In this document: piece after piece, positions 12,043 through 24,242 of the stretch | How the letters are laid out: each line of letters opens with the position of its first letter | Numbering within the stretch: position 1 is the stretch's first letter | Source of the DNA: Pristiophorus japonicus | Lineage: Eukaryota | Direction: 5' to 3' | Assembly: GCF_044704955.1 (NCBI RefSeq) | Contig: NC_091977.1 | Span: 307,458,001-307,522,000 of the forward strand | Length of the DNA: 64,000 bases | Notes under the pieces: generated by a model | What the model was told of the DNA's origin: nothing | The model's input: the letters and a program-made list of their open reading frames with translations, nothing else | Database searches by the model: none | Made by a program: the position numbers and the translations under genes

Positions 12043-12718
12043 AGCAGGACATAGACAGACTGGTGAAATGGGCAGACACTTTGCAGATGAAATTTAATAC
12101 AGAGAAATGTGAAGTGATTCATTTTGGTAGGAAGAATGAGGAGAGATTATAAACTAAATGGTACAATTTTAAAGGGGGTGCAGGAACAGAGAGACCTGGG
12201 GTGTACGTACACCGGTCTTTGAAGGTGGGAGGACAAGGTCATACGGTAACCTTACATTTATAAACAGTGGCCTAGAGTACAAAAGTAAATAAGTTATGCT
12301 AAACCTTGATAAAACACTGGTTGGGCCCCAGCTGGAGTAATGTGTCCAATTCTGGGCACCACATTTAGGAAGGATGTCAAGGTCTTAAAGAGGGTGCAGA
12401 GGAGATTTACTAGAATGGTACCAGGGATGTGGGACTTCAGTAACGTGGAGCGATTAGAGAAGCTAGAGTTGTTCTCCCTAGAGCTGAGAAGATTAAGGGG
12501 AGATTTATTAGAGGTGTTCAAAATCATGAAGGGTTTTGATAGATTCAATCAGGAGAAGGGTCGCCAGAGGACCAAAATTTAATGTAATTGCCAAAAAAAG
12601 CAGTGGTGACATGAAAAAAAAATTACACTGAGTTGTTATGATCTGGAATGCACTGCCTGAAAGGGTGTTGGAAGCAGATTCAATAATACCTTTCAAAAGG
12701 GAATTGAATAAATACTTA

Positions 12719-13600
12719 CCATAGAATCATAGAATAGTACAGCACAGAAGGAGACCATTCAGTCCATCGAGTTTGCATTGGCACTTTCGAAGAGCCATCT
12801 AGTTAGTCCCACTGCCCTATTCTTTCTCCATATTCCTGCAATTTTTTCTCTTTCAAGTATTTATTCAATTCCCTTAAAGGCTACTATTGAATCGGTATCC
12901 ACCACCCTGTCAGTCAGTGCATTCCAAACCCTAACCACTCGTTTCCTTTTAAAAAAAAAAAAAAAGTTTTTCATGTTGCCTGTGGTTCTTTTGCCAATCA
13001 CCTTAAATATGGTTATCAACCCTTGAGCCATTGGAAACTATTTCTCTTTATTTACTCTGTCTACATCCTTCATGATTTTAAACACCTCTATCAAATCTCC
13101 TCTTAGCCTTTTCTCCTCTGAAGAACAACCCCAGCTTCTCCAGTTTATCCACGTAACTGTAATCTTCATCCCTATAAACCATTCTAGTAAATCTCTTTTG
13201 TACCCTCTCCAAAGCTTTCACATCCTTCCTAAAATGCGGTGTCCAGAATTGGACATAATACTCCAGCTGGGGCCGAACTAGTGTTTTATATATATTTAGC
13301 ACAACTTCCTTGCTTTTATACTTTATGCCTCTGTTTATAAAGTCCAGGATCCCATATGCTTTATGAACTGCTTTGTTAACCTGTCCTGCCACCTTTAGAG
13401 ATTTGTGCACAAAGAGCTCCTTTAAAATTGTACCATTTAGCTTGTATTGTCTCTCCTCATTCTTCCTACCAAAATGTATCACCTCATACTTATCGGCATT
13501 GAACATCATCTGCCATGTGTCCACCTATCCACCAGCCGATCTATGTCCTGTTGAAGACGATCACTATCCTTCACACTGTTCACTACACTTCCAAGTGTCT
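12719..13600 (-). mobile_element. CR1 3' fragment
   Basis: ORF 13078-13524 (RPQLEYYVQFW); (catagaat)n tail. Confidence 0.87.
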
Positions 13601-14192
13601 TCTGTAACTTTCAAAAATGTGCCCTTGAAAAAAAATATAATTGCTGGTCTGTGGCGAAAGAGCTGGGGAGTGGGACTAATCGAACAGTTCTTTCAAAGAG
13701 CCAGCACAGACATGATGGGCCAAATGCCCACCTTCTTTGCTGTATCATTCTATGATTCTTTGACTGTCTGTCTGAAACTGTGGTCGGAAATTTTACCTTA
13801 GAGTTGGGTTGGATGCACGTGGGCTGCGTAGCAGGTCGGGAACGCAATGTTCTGAACAGTGCATTGTTCAGAGTGACTTTAATTTAATGCCCCCAATCGA
13901 AAGACTCGTGCATTTCCTGGCCCCATTAAATGGTGTGAGCCTGATGGTGTCATCGATGACTCGTTTCCAGCGCTGATATTTAAAGCAGCCGTACACTCAA
14001 CTCATTTGAAGGTTGCAAGAGGAGGGTGGAACCTGACAAACAAAGGCCTGAGTTTATAAAGCAGCAAGGATGGATAGCCAAAGGAAGTGAGCTGCACCAC
14101 ACTGGTGGTGGGAGTCAGAGCGCGCATGAGAACCCTTTTCCCTGCTGGTAATCGAACGAGACCTCCACAAGAGACCAAAAGAGCCTGGCTGG

Positions 14193-15259
14193 CAACAACA
14201 ACAACTTCTTGTATTTATATAGCACCTTTAACATAGTGAAACATCCCAAGGCCCTTCATAGGAGTTATGGGATAAAAATTTGAAACAGAGCCGCATAAGT
14301 AGAAATTAGCGAGTTTTGGGTCATTTATAGCTTACGTAGGGTAGAATGTGGGAGGTCAGCTAGGAGTGCTTTGGAATAGTCAAGTCTAAAGGTAACAAAG
14401 GCATGGACGAGGGCTTCAGCAGCGGATGAGCTGAGGCAAGGGTGGAGATGGGCAATGTTACGGAGATGGAAATATGCGGTCTTAGTTATGCTGTGGATAT
14501 GCGGTCGAAAGCACATTTCAGAGTCAAATATGACACCAAGTCAGCCTGCGAACAGTCTGGCTCAGCCTCAGACAGAAGTTGGGGAGAGGGATGGAGTCAG
14601 TGGCTAGGGAACAGAGTTTGTGGCGGGGACAGTGGCTTCGGTCTTCCCAATATTCAATTGGAAAAAATTTCTGCTCATCCAGAATTGGATGTCAAACAAG
14701 CAGTCTGACAATTTAGAGACCGTGGAGGGGTTGAGAGAAGTGGTAGTAGGTGTCATCAGCGTACATGTGGAAACTGACGCTGTGTTTCCGGATGATGTCG
14801 CCAAGGGGCAACATGTAGATGAGAAATAGGAGGGGGCCAAGGATAGATCCTTGGGAGACACCAGAGATAATGATGCGGGGGTGGGAAGGGAAGCCACTGC
14901 AGGTGATTCTCTGGTTACGATTTGATAGATAAGAATGGAACCAGGCAAGTGCAGTCCCACCCAACTGGATGACGGTGGAGAGGCGTGGCAGACAAGTCAA
15001 GAAGGACAAGGAGGGATAGTTTGCCTTTGTCACAGTCACAAAGGATGTCATTTGTGACTTTGATGAGAGCAGTTTTGATATTGAGGTAAGTGCGGAAACC
15101 GGATTGGAGGGACTCAAACATGGAATTGCGGCAAAGATGGGCACGGATTTGGGAGGCAACAATGCGGTTCAAGGACTTTGGAGAGGAAAGGGAGGTTGGA
15201 GATGGGGCAGTAGTTTGCAAGGATGGAGGGATCGAGGGTTGGTTTTTTTGAGGAGAGGG
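14193..15259 (-). mobile_element. L2-clade LINE 3' fragment
   Basis: NYCPISNLPFLSK, FESLQSGFR, GVSQGSILGPLLF, HMYADDT; (caa)n tail. Confidence 0.88.
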
Positions 15260-15872
15260 ATGTGGTGAGGAGGACCGAGATCCAGTGCAGGAAATAATAC
15301 AATGATCTCATGAGATCAGGAAGGGTGCCACACTCACTTTCATCCTGATATGCCTGTCAACACATCCCCATTACTCTGTCATCCCAGGCCTTCTCCTGCA
15401 CATCATTGCTCACACCAACATACCTTGTACATCCACCCATCCCTCCCTCTCTATGTACATGTCATATCCCCATCTGACTAACCACCCCTCACACTCACCC
15501 TCAGCCTAATTCAATCATAGCAAGTAACACCACAGAAGCAGGCCATTTGGTATCGGCACCCCACTCCCTAATAGACACCCTCTACAGATGTAACACATCC
15601 ATTTTTTACGCTCTTTCCAAACTCTCACTCAAACTTCTCTTCTTTCCCTCCTTGCAGGAGAAAAGAACCCAGAACAACAGGGGGAGGCAGAGAACCGGAG
15701 GTGGCCCTCCAGTCTTTGCACAACTAACAGCAGTGAAGGAGGGGGCTCTGGAGATCTCAGGAGTTGGAGAGATGCTGGTGGTGGAGATGGAGACAGCGGA
15801 ACTTCCCAGCAACCTGGTGACAGAATCACATCTCATAAAGCCACATGGCTTACATCAATCACTCATATGTTC

Positions 15873-17890
15873 GAACATAAGAACATAAGAATTAGGAACA
15901 GGAGTAGGCCATCTAGCCCCTCGAGCCTGCTCCGCCATTCAACAAGATCATGGCTGATCTGGCCGTGGACTCAGCTCAACTTACCCGCCCGCTCCCCGTA
16001 ACCCTTAATTTCCTTATTGGTTAAAAATCTATCTATCTGTGATTTGAATACATTCAATGAGCTAGCCTCAACTGCTTCCTTGGGCAGAGAATTCCACAGA
16101 TTCACAACCCTCTGGGAGAAGAAATTCCTTCTCAACTCGGTTTTAAATTGGCTCCCCCGTATTTTGAGGCTGTGCCCCCTAGTTCTAGTCTCCCCGACCA
16201 GTGGAAACAACTTCCCTGCCTCTATCTTGTCTATCCCTTTCATTATTTTAAATGTTTCTATAAGATCCCCCTCATCCTTCTGAACCCCAATGAGTAAAGA
16301 CCCAGTCTACGCAATCTATTATCATTTGGTATTCATGCACAAGGACCCCCAGGTCCCTCTGCACCGCAGCATGTAATTTCTCCCCATTCAAATAATATTC
16401 CCTTTTACTGTTTTTTTTTCCAAGGTGGATGATCTCACATTTTCCGACATTGTATTCCATCTGCCAAACCTTAGCCCATTCGCTTAACCTATCTAAATCT
16501 CTTTGCAGCCTCTCTGTGTCCTCTACACAACCCGCTTTCCCACTAATCTTTGTGTCATCTGCAAATTTTGTTACACTACACTCTGTCCCCTCTTCCAGAT
16601 CATCTATGTATATTGTTAAACAGTTGTGGTCCCAGCATCGATCCCTGTGGCACACCACTAACCACCGATTTCCAACCCGAAAAAGACCCATTTATCCAGA
16701 CTCTCTGCTTTCTGTTAGCTAGCCAATTCTCTATCCATGCTAATACATTTCCTCTGACTCCGCGTACCTTTAGCGTACCTTTATCTTTGGCAGTAACCTT
16801 TTGTGTGGCACCTTATCAAATGCCTTTTGGAAATCTAAATACACCACATCCATCAGTACACCTCTATCCACCATGCTCGTTATATCCTCAAAGAATTCCA
16901 GTAAATTAGTTAAACATGATTTCCCCTTCATGAATCCATGTTGCATCTGCTTGATTGCACTATTCCTATCTAGATGTCCCGCTATTTCTTCCTTAATGAT
17001 AGCTTCAAGCATTTTCCCCACTACAGATGTTAAACTAACCGGCCTATCGTTACCTGCCTTTTGTCTGCCCCCTTTTTTAAACAGAGGCGTTACATTAGCT
17101 GCTTTCCAATCTGCTAGTACCTCCCCAGAGTCCAGAGAATTTTGGTAGATTATAACGAATGCATTTGCTATAACTTCCGCCATCTCTTTTAATACCCTGG
17201 GATGCATTTCATCAGGACCAGGGGACTTGTCTACCTTGAGTCCCATTAGCCTGTCCAGCACTACCCCCCCCCCCAGTGATAGTGATTATCTCAAGGTCCT
17301 CCCTTCCCACATTCCCGTGACCAGCAATCTTTGGCATGGTTTTTGTGTCTTCCACTGTGAAGACCGAAGCAAAATAATTGTTTAAGGTCTCAGCCATTTC
17401 CACATTTCCCATTATTAAATCCCCCTTCTCATCTTCTAAGGGACCAACATTTACTTTATCACTCTTTTCCGTTTTATATATCGGTAAAAGCTTTTACTAT
17501 CTGTTTTTATGTTTTGCGTAAGTTTACTTTTGTAAACTATCTTTCCTTTCTTTATTGCTTTCTTAGTCATTCTTTGCTGTCGTTTAAAATGTTCCCAATC
17601 TTCCAGTTTCCCACTAACCTTGGCCACCTTATAGGCATTGGTTTTTAATTTGATACTCCTTCATTTCCTTGGTTATCCACGGCTGGTTAACCCTGCTCTT
17701 ACCGCCCTTCTTTTTCACTGGAATATATTTTTGTTGAGCACTATGAAAGAGCTCCTTAAAAATCCTCCACTGTTCCTCAATTGTGCCACTGTTTAGTCTG
17801 TGTTTCCAGTCTACTTTAGCCAACTCTGCCCTCATCCCACTGTAGTCCCCTTTGTTTAAGCATAGTACGCTCGTTTGAGACACTACTTCC
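15873..17890 (-). mobile_element. CR1, 5'-truncated with an internal deletion
   Basis: Minus-strand ORFs with FADDTK and KSPGPD; (aagaacat)n tail. Confidence 0.92.
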
Positions 17891-17997
17891 TGATGTCAGC
17901 AGCCATTGAAATGTCATCATGTGCATAATGGTAACGTTACCTATTCTTCTTATAACGCTTCTAATTCATCTCTACTGTCCCACATGTTCATCAACTC

Positions 17998-19812
17998 TCA
18001 TTCATAGGCAGTCCCTCGGAATCGAGGGAGACTTGCTTCTACTTCCAAAATGAGTTCTTTGATGGTTGAACAGTCCGATACGAGAGCCACAGACCCTGTT
18101 ACAGGTGGGACAGACATTCGTCGAGGGAAGGGGTCGGTGGGGTTGGTTTGCCGCGCGCTCCTTCCGCTGCCTGCGCTTGGCCTCTTCACGCTCTTTGCGT
18201 TGAGACTCGAAGAGCTCAACGCCCTCCTGGATGCACCTTCTCCACTTCGGGCGGTCTTTGACCAGGGTCTCCCAGGTGTCAGTGGTGATGACTCACTTTA
18301 CCAGGGAAGCTTTGAGGATGTCCTTATAATGTTTTCGCTGTCCTCCTTTGGCTCGTTTACCATGAAGGAGCTCCGCATAAAGCATTTGCTTATGTAGTCT
18401 CGTATCTGGCATACGAACTATGTGGCCTGCCCAGCGAAGCTGATCGAGTGTGGTCAGTGCTTCAATACTGGGGATGTTAGCCTGGTCGAGGCCACTGATG
18501 TTGGTGCGCCTGTCCTCCCAGGGAATTTGCAGGATCTTGCGGAGACACCGTTGGTGATATATCTCCAGCGACTTGAGGTGCCTTCTATACATTGTCCATG
18601 CCTCAGATCCATACAGGAGGGTGGGTATTACTACAGCCCTGTAGACCATGAGCTTGGTGGTAGATCAAAAAACGCGGGACCTAAAGAACAGGTGGCGGAC
18701 GGAGAAAGCACAGGAATTACAACAACTGGCCGACAGCCACGATATGCGAAGATTCTTCACTGCAGTCAAGGCCACCTACGGTCCAAACTCTCAAGGCTCC
18801 ACCCCACTCCTGGCCAAGAACGGTGAAACACTCATCAAGGACACCGAGGCAGTCAGGGCCCGATGGAAGGAGCACTTTGAAGATCTCCTCAGTCGAGACT
18901 CTGCCTTTGACTCGAATGTTCTCGACTCCATCCCGCAGCATGCGACCCGCCACCAACTCAGTGAAACTCGAACGTTTCACGAGGTAGACAAAGCCATAAA
19001 ACAGTGAAGAATAACAAGGCTACGGGTGCGGATGGAATCCCTGCCGAGGCACTAAAGTATGGTGGAGAGGTGCTGTTGGCGCGGATACATGACCTCATCT
19101 CTCTCATCTGGAGGGAGATCTCAGAGATGCAGTGATTGTGATCATTTTTTAAAAAGGGGACAAGTCCGACTGTGGCAACTACAGGGGAATCTCCCTGCTA
19201 TCAGCCACTGGGAAAGTTGTCGCTAGAGTTCTCCTCAATCGTCTTCTCCCTGTGGCCGAGGAGCTCCTCCCGGAATCTCAATGCAGCCTTCGTCCCCTAT
19301 GGGGCACAACAGACATGATCTTTGCAGTGCGACAGTTGCAGGAAAACTACAGGGAGCAGCGCCAGTCCTTTTCCATACCCTTTTTCGATCTTACAGAGGC
19401 CTTTGACACTGTCAACCACGAGGGACTATGGAGCGTCCTCCTCCGTTTCGGATGCCCCCAAAAGTTTGTTAACATTCTTCGCCTGCTTCACGATGACATG
19501 CAGGCCTTGATCCTTACCAACGGATTCATTACAGACCCAATTCATGTCCGGATTGGGGTCAAACAGGGCTGCGTCATTGCTCCAACCCTCTTCTCAATCT
19601 TCCTTGCCGCCATGCTCCACCTCACAATCAACAGGCTCCCCGCTGGAGTGGAACTAAACTATAGAACCAGTGGGAAGCTGTTTAACCTATGCCGCCTCCA
19701 GGCCAGGTCCAAGATCACCCCAATCTCTGTCGTTGAGCTGCAGTATGCAGACGACGCCTGCGTCTGCACACATTCAGAGGCTGAACTTCAGGATATAGTC
19801 AATGTATTCACT
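17998..19812 (-). mobile_element. RTE LINE with inverted 5' portion (17998-18661 on -, 18662-19812 on +)
   Basis: The 3' end reads on - (MVYRAVVIPTLLYGSEAW); the RT core reads on + (GVKQGCVIAPTLF, LQYADD). Confidence 0.85.
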
Positions 19813-21007
19813 GATAACTGCCACCCCATTGTTCAGCCGAAGGAGGAAGATGACTCCTCAGAGGAACCTCCAGCCTCTGAGGGTGCACTGCCAGCAGATG
19901 CAAGCGCAGCCAATACCAGCGCAGATACGCACACTTTGGTGGGTCCTTTGCGAGAGAGAGTAGAGTTGTCACCTGGTTTCTCACAATTCACAAGTGAGCA
20001 ACAACAGATGGTGTTAACTGGGACAACAGTGGAGATTCCTTATCAAAGGACGCAGGATGCTCCGAGCTCTGCTGAGCTGCATGCAGATGCTGAGCTTTGG
20101 GCGTCATCGAGAAAGAGAGTGATCTTGGTGGAGCAGCAACAATTGCATGAGGCTCTGGCATCTTTGGTAGCCTCGATGTCTGCAAATGTTCAGAGAATGG
20201 AGGAGTCCATCTCCAACATGAGCAGCACTATGTCACAGGTGATGACGATGATGTTCTTTCTGTTCCATGGAAAGCAGATGCACCAGTCACATGAGCACAT
20301 GCTAGCTGTGGGCAATTGATGGCAGGTGCTCATAGACCACCTCTCAAGGAGGGATGTAAACGATCATCGCTCTTCAGCTCCTTGCTAGCAGGGAAGTGTG
20401 GGTGGCTCATGAGAGGGATGATGGTGAGAGGGGATATGGAAGTGGAAGCTCTTCTCAAAGGGCTCCCACTTCTCCCCCGTTGTCTCCCCCTCAGTCAGAG
20501 CTCCACATGCCTCCTGGGATCGCGCTGGCTGAGCCTGCCCCTGGACAGTCGCAGGAGGAGCAGACTTTGCGGGGCCGTCACAGGCTCCAAAAACTAGAGG
20601 ACATCGGCCAAAAGTGTCTTAACGAGTCGCCGCAGGGAAGTGAGCAATCTGCCTCTATCTCTGCTGAAGCCACGGTGGTTGCACCTCGTACAGCACTTGG
20701 AAAAGACAAAAGTAGGTGCACATGGGTGTATCAAAAAATGTTAGTGTTAAGTTTTAGTTATTTTGATGACACACACACACAAATGTTTTTCTTTGCACCA
20801 CTTTCAGATCTTGTCCTATTTTGTCTCAAATCTTGGAAGTGGCTCCGACACTTGAAGTGAATGGTGAGATATTATTTAACCTCGAGCATTGGGGCTTTGG
20901 GTGAGAGGAATGACTTGGTCAATGTCGGGATGCTTTATGGTGTTGCTGAGGGGGCGGGGGGGTTCTTAGTACAGCACGTGACAGCCGTATGGCTGCATTC
21001 AAGCAAG

Positions 21008-22071
21008 TTAAGTAAATCTGGCCATGATGGGGCCATCCCTGGCCTCACAGGCAGCAATGTGCACCGCCGCTGATGCCATCCGCATCTCGGGTTCCTCCTC
21101 CTCTATTTTCCACCTGTTCCTCCTTCTCTGAAGAGGCTGTACGCCTTGCTCCAACCCTCGTTGCTGCGTTATGCTGTGCAGCACACAGCAGACAAGAATA
21201 ATTCTGGAGACCCTGGCTGGTGCGTACTGAAAGGCTCTTCGAGATCTGTTCAGGCATCTGAAGCACATCTTTAGTATGCCTATTGTTTGCTCTATGACGC
21301 ATCTGGTGGAGATGTGACTCTCATTACAATGCTCCTCAGCCTCAGTACTTGGCGTCTTCAAGGAAGTCATGAGCCACGTCTTCAGTGGATAGCCCTTGTC
21401 TCCAAGGAGACAGCTGGTAAGTATGTTTGGAGGTGCGAAGAGCTGAGTGGGGGTGGGCTGGCACAGAAGAAAAGAGTCATGACAGCTGACAGGGGATCTG
21501 ACGCACACATGCATAAATCATCTTTTTATGGTTGAAGACAAGCTGCACATTGAGCGAGTGGAAGCCCTTGTGGTTCACAAACACTCCTGGGTGATGATGG
21601 GGTGCCTTCATGGTCACATGTGTGCAGTCGATGATGCCCTGCCCCTGTAGGAAGTCAGCCAGAGCCGCAAAGCCAAGTGCCCGCTCATTAACATTGGCCT
21701 TGTCAGTGGCAAAGCCTGAGGCGAAGAAGTTGAGGGCGGTGGTGACTTTTACAGCCACTGGTAATGAGTGTCCACCAGGACCTCTGCGCAGCAGGTATTG
21801 TTCCAGCAAGCTACAAATGTCAGTGATGACCTGGCGCCATAGCCTGAGCCTCCTGAAGCACTGCTGCTCAAGTCATATTGAGGAAACTCATCCTCTGCCT
21901 GTATACCCTGATTTGGGGGTATCGCCTCAGGCGTGCTGCAGCCCTGTGCTGACCCCCTCTCTCCTGTGGAGCTTCAGGTCATTGAGGAGAAAGTTTATTG
22001 TTATGGTTTCTGCTGGTGTGGTTGGTGTTGCTAGTGGTGGGACTCATCTTGGTCCGATAAGCAGCACCCAT
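21008..22071 (-). pseudogene. Harbinger (HARBI1-family) DDE transposase, frameshifted
   Basis: [58 protein letters not shown]. Confidence 0.92.
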
Positions 22072-23946
22072 GCTGCTGTAGTAGATGGTAGGTAAAGTGG
22101 AGATCAGAGGGCCAAATATTGCAATAGTGAGTAGCAATGTGGTGAAAGTGTCTTCTGAGCTGCAGACACCCAAATCTGTGGACAAAATGGAGTGAGCAAG
22201 AACCTTTCCTTGAGGTAAGTAATGAGGTGTAATGCTGGAGTATTTACATGGTTTTCCCAGCTGTCAGTGAATTAACTTGCTAATGGCCACTGAGCTTCCG
22301 CCTCCCCTTCACAGGCGAGATACTTGACCTCTGTGAATCCTCTGCTCCTGCAGTTGAAGTCAAAAGCTGGCATTAAAATCACTTGTCTCTCAACAAGCAT
22401 TTAATGATTTCGATGAGGTCGCCCGCCTCTGTCATTCGGGTCTGTGTCAATGCTGCCCGAGTCAAATGTGCGTGGCGGCAGGATGATGGTGGGTTTCCGA
22501 CACACTCGCTATTTCCAGGATATTTACTACTGCCCTGCCCCCAAACCCGCATGCTTGGCAACAGGAAAATTCCAGCCTGTATCTCTTTTAATCCAGTCTG
22601 TCTTTCTGTTGTCTTCTGATTTACCTATTCCTATAACTCTTGATGGGTTAAAGTCATATCTTTTTATAGTTGAACATCACAGCTGTCCAAAAAAACGTAA
22701 GTTACATCCTTTTGCGATCATTTGCACTGGTTTAAAAACATCATGCTGGAAGTTGGCCCCACCCACAGAATTGGCCACGCCCCCACATCCAATTAATGAG
22801 CATAGTGAGTTTCTGCCAACTGTGGCCCTTCGAGGAGACTCTCAAAATTAAGCTATTTTAGGTGCAAAAGCACTAATAGGCATCCACGAAACTGACTAAA
22901 GTACACAAATGAAACTAGTAAAGTTGGCTGGTTGAGTTTCCTGTGATTAGACATCCCCCCCCTACCCCCTACCCTTCCAATCCCCCCCCTACCCCCGACA
23001 CCTCCAATCTGCCCCCTCCAAGACCTCTGATCCCTCACTCCCACAAGTCCTCCAATTCCCCCCTCCGACCCTAGATCCCCCCTCTGGCCCCTGATCACTC
23101 TCCAGCCTTCTGACCTCGGGCTCTCGATTCCCTTCTGACCTCCCATCTCTGGCTTTTGATCCCCTTCCACGCCCCCCCCCCCCCGCCGATCCCGATCATC
23201 CTCTGGCCTCTGATCCCCCTCCAGCCTCCGATTTTCCCTCCAGCCCCCGATCCCTATTTCCTTTTCTCTCCATCTAGCTGGCTGCGGGCAGGAATCAGGG
23301 TTTTAAAATGCTAATCAGGCCATGCTGTTAACTTTGGCAGTATCTGCAAGAAACCCATTCTCCGGGTTTCTCGACCACTTTCCAACCCCCTCCCCCACTC
23401 CCTATCAGTCTCAAAATTAACATTTCAGCCTCAATGTTCTTCACTTTCTGTCCTCTGCTCTTCAACTCCATGAGTTGAACAAATGTGAATCAATTGCTGC
23501 CCCTTTGCCCTTGGAAGAAAGCTGAGAAAGTATATAGGTGATTTTTGCTCTTTAATTCCAGTCTTATGCTTTACATGGTTATGGAATTTGCATTTCTGCA
23601 CAGGCCATGCAAACTCTCATGAGTAAAACTACAAGCATTATATCTGCAAGTTCAATTCACTTATTAATGTCCTGGATGATGAAACTAATACTGGTATCCC
23701 TATCTCCTTGTGCTGTGCAGTTCTGTGTAAACTTTAAGGGTTAATTGATATCTGGCTACTCACCTCCTGTAGGAGATCCAGATAAGAGCCAATGGCATCA
23801 GACATCGGAGATTCTTCTCTTTCCAATATAAAGTAGATAACTCTCAATACCTTTAATGGCTAAGTTACAATAGGCTTCACCATAGGGAAGTCCATTTCCT
23901 GAAAAGAGAATACATTTAAAAAAAAATCAGATCTGATCATTCTGTC

Positions 23947-23974
23947 ATGTTATATGAGATGAATGCAAGTACAG
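23947..23974 (+). CDS. Tentative first coding exon of the ankyrin/TRP-like gene (MLYEMNAST-)
   Basis: ATG at 23947 with an in-frame TAA upstream (23917-19). CAG|gtaatc donor in phase 1, then a 92-nt intron to the phase-1 acceptor at 24066, joining as GTT (Val). Short enough to be chance. Confidence 0.4.
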
Positions 23975-24066
23975 GTAATCTTGTCGTGCTTATTGTTATC
24001 TAAGGTTTTGTAAGTATTCCATTGTGCAGTATCTACAATTTACTTTAATACATTTTTTTCCGACAG

Positions 24067-24242
24067 TTCCTGGAGTTCAACCTACCACCTTTTCAGGTTT
24101 AGAATGGACAAGCATTTCTGATGATGAATTTGATCTTGATCTTGAAAAGTTTACCGAAGCAGAGGATTCAGTATATTTACTAAATGAAGCATTGATCAAA
24201 CATTTTATTTTTGTTTCAAGATCGAAACGTCCAAATGCAATG
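24067..24242 (+). CDS. Coding exon, acidic pre-ankyrin segment (PGVQPTTFSGLEWTSISDDEFDLDLEKFTEAEDSVYLLNEALIKHFIFVSRSKRPNAM)
   Basis: tttttttccgacag acceptor and ATG|gtatga donor; 176 nt, open, phase 1 to 0, matching the phase-0 start of the next exon. Confidence 0.7.

Larger units (their letters stand above)
10612..12718 (+). mobile_element. CR1 'A' remainder (degraded ORF2), hosting an RTE fragment and a solo LTR
   Basis: Degenerate RT and C-terminal motifs (RKDVKVLKRVQRRFTRMVPGM). Confidence 0.82.
14069..20700 (+). pseudogene. Harbinger Myb/SANT-like accessory gene, spliced and fragmented (about 14069-14192, 15260-15323, 15658-15817, 19830-20700)
   Basis: RRTEIQCRK*YNDL helix motif; ttgcag|EKRTQNNRGRQRTGGGPP; acidic, coiled-coil-like tail. 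Confidence 0.7.
13782..22577. mobile_element. PIF/Harbinger DNA transposon (decayed autonomous) inflated by nested L2, CR1 and RTE insertions
   Basis: Imperfect TIRs (GGTCGGAAATTTTACC and GGAAAATTCCAGCC), 3-bp TSD TGT, convergent Myb/SANT-like (+) and transposase (-) genes. Confidence 0.75.

Noticed and set aside
19252-20319. 355-aa ORF fusing an RTE reverse transcriptase to an acidic coiled-coil tail
   Set aside because: It is the junction of the inverted RTE block with the Harbinger Myb-gene exon. An in-frame join has about a 1-in-3 chance, the start is GTG, and both parents are broken elsewhere.
21008-22071. Domesticated HARBI1 gene
   Set aside because: Frameshifts, an internal deletion and enclosing TIRs/TSD indicate a dead transposon copy. 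The same applies to 49821-50952.
22930-23260. C-rich low-complexity tract with a Gly-rich antisense ORF
   Set aside because: Degenerate (ccccctctgat)-like repeats, probably the interior of an old MITE; no coding evidence.
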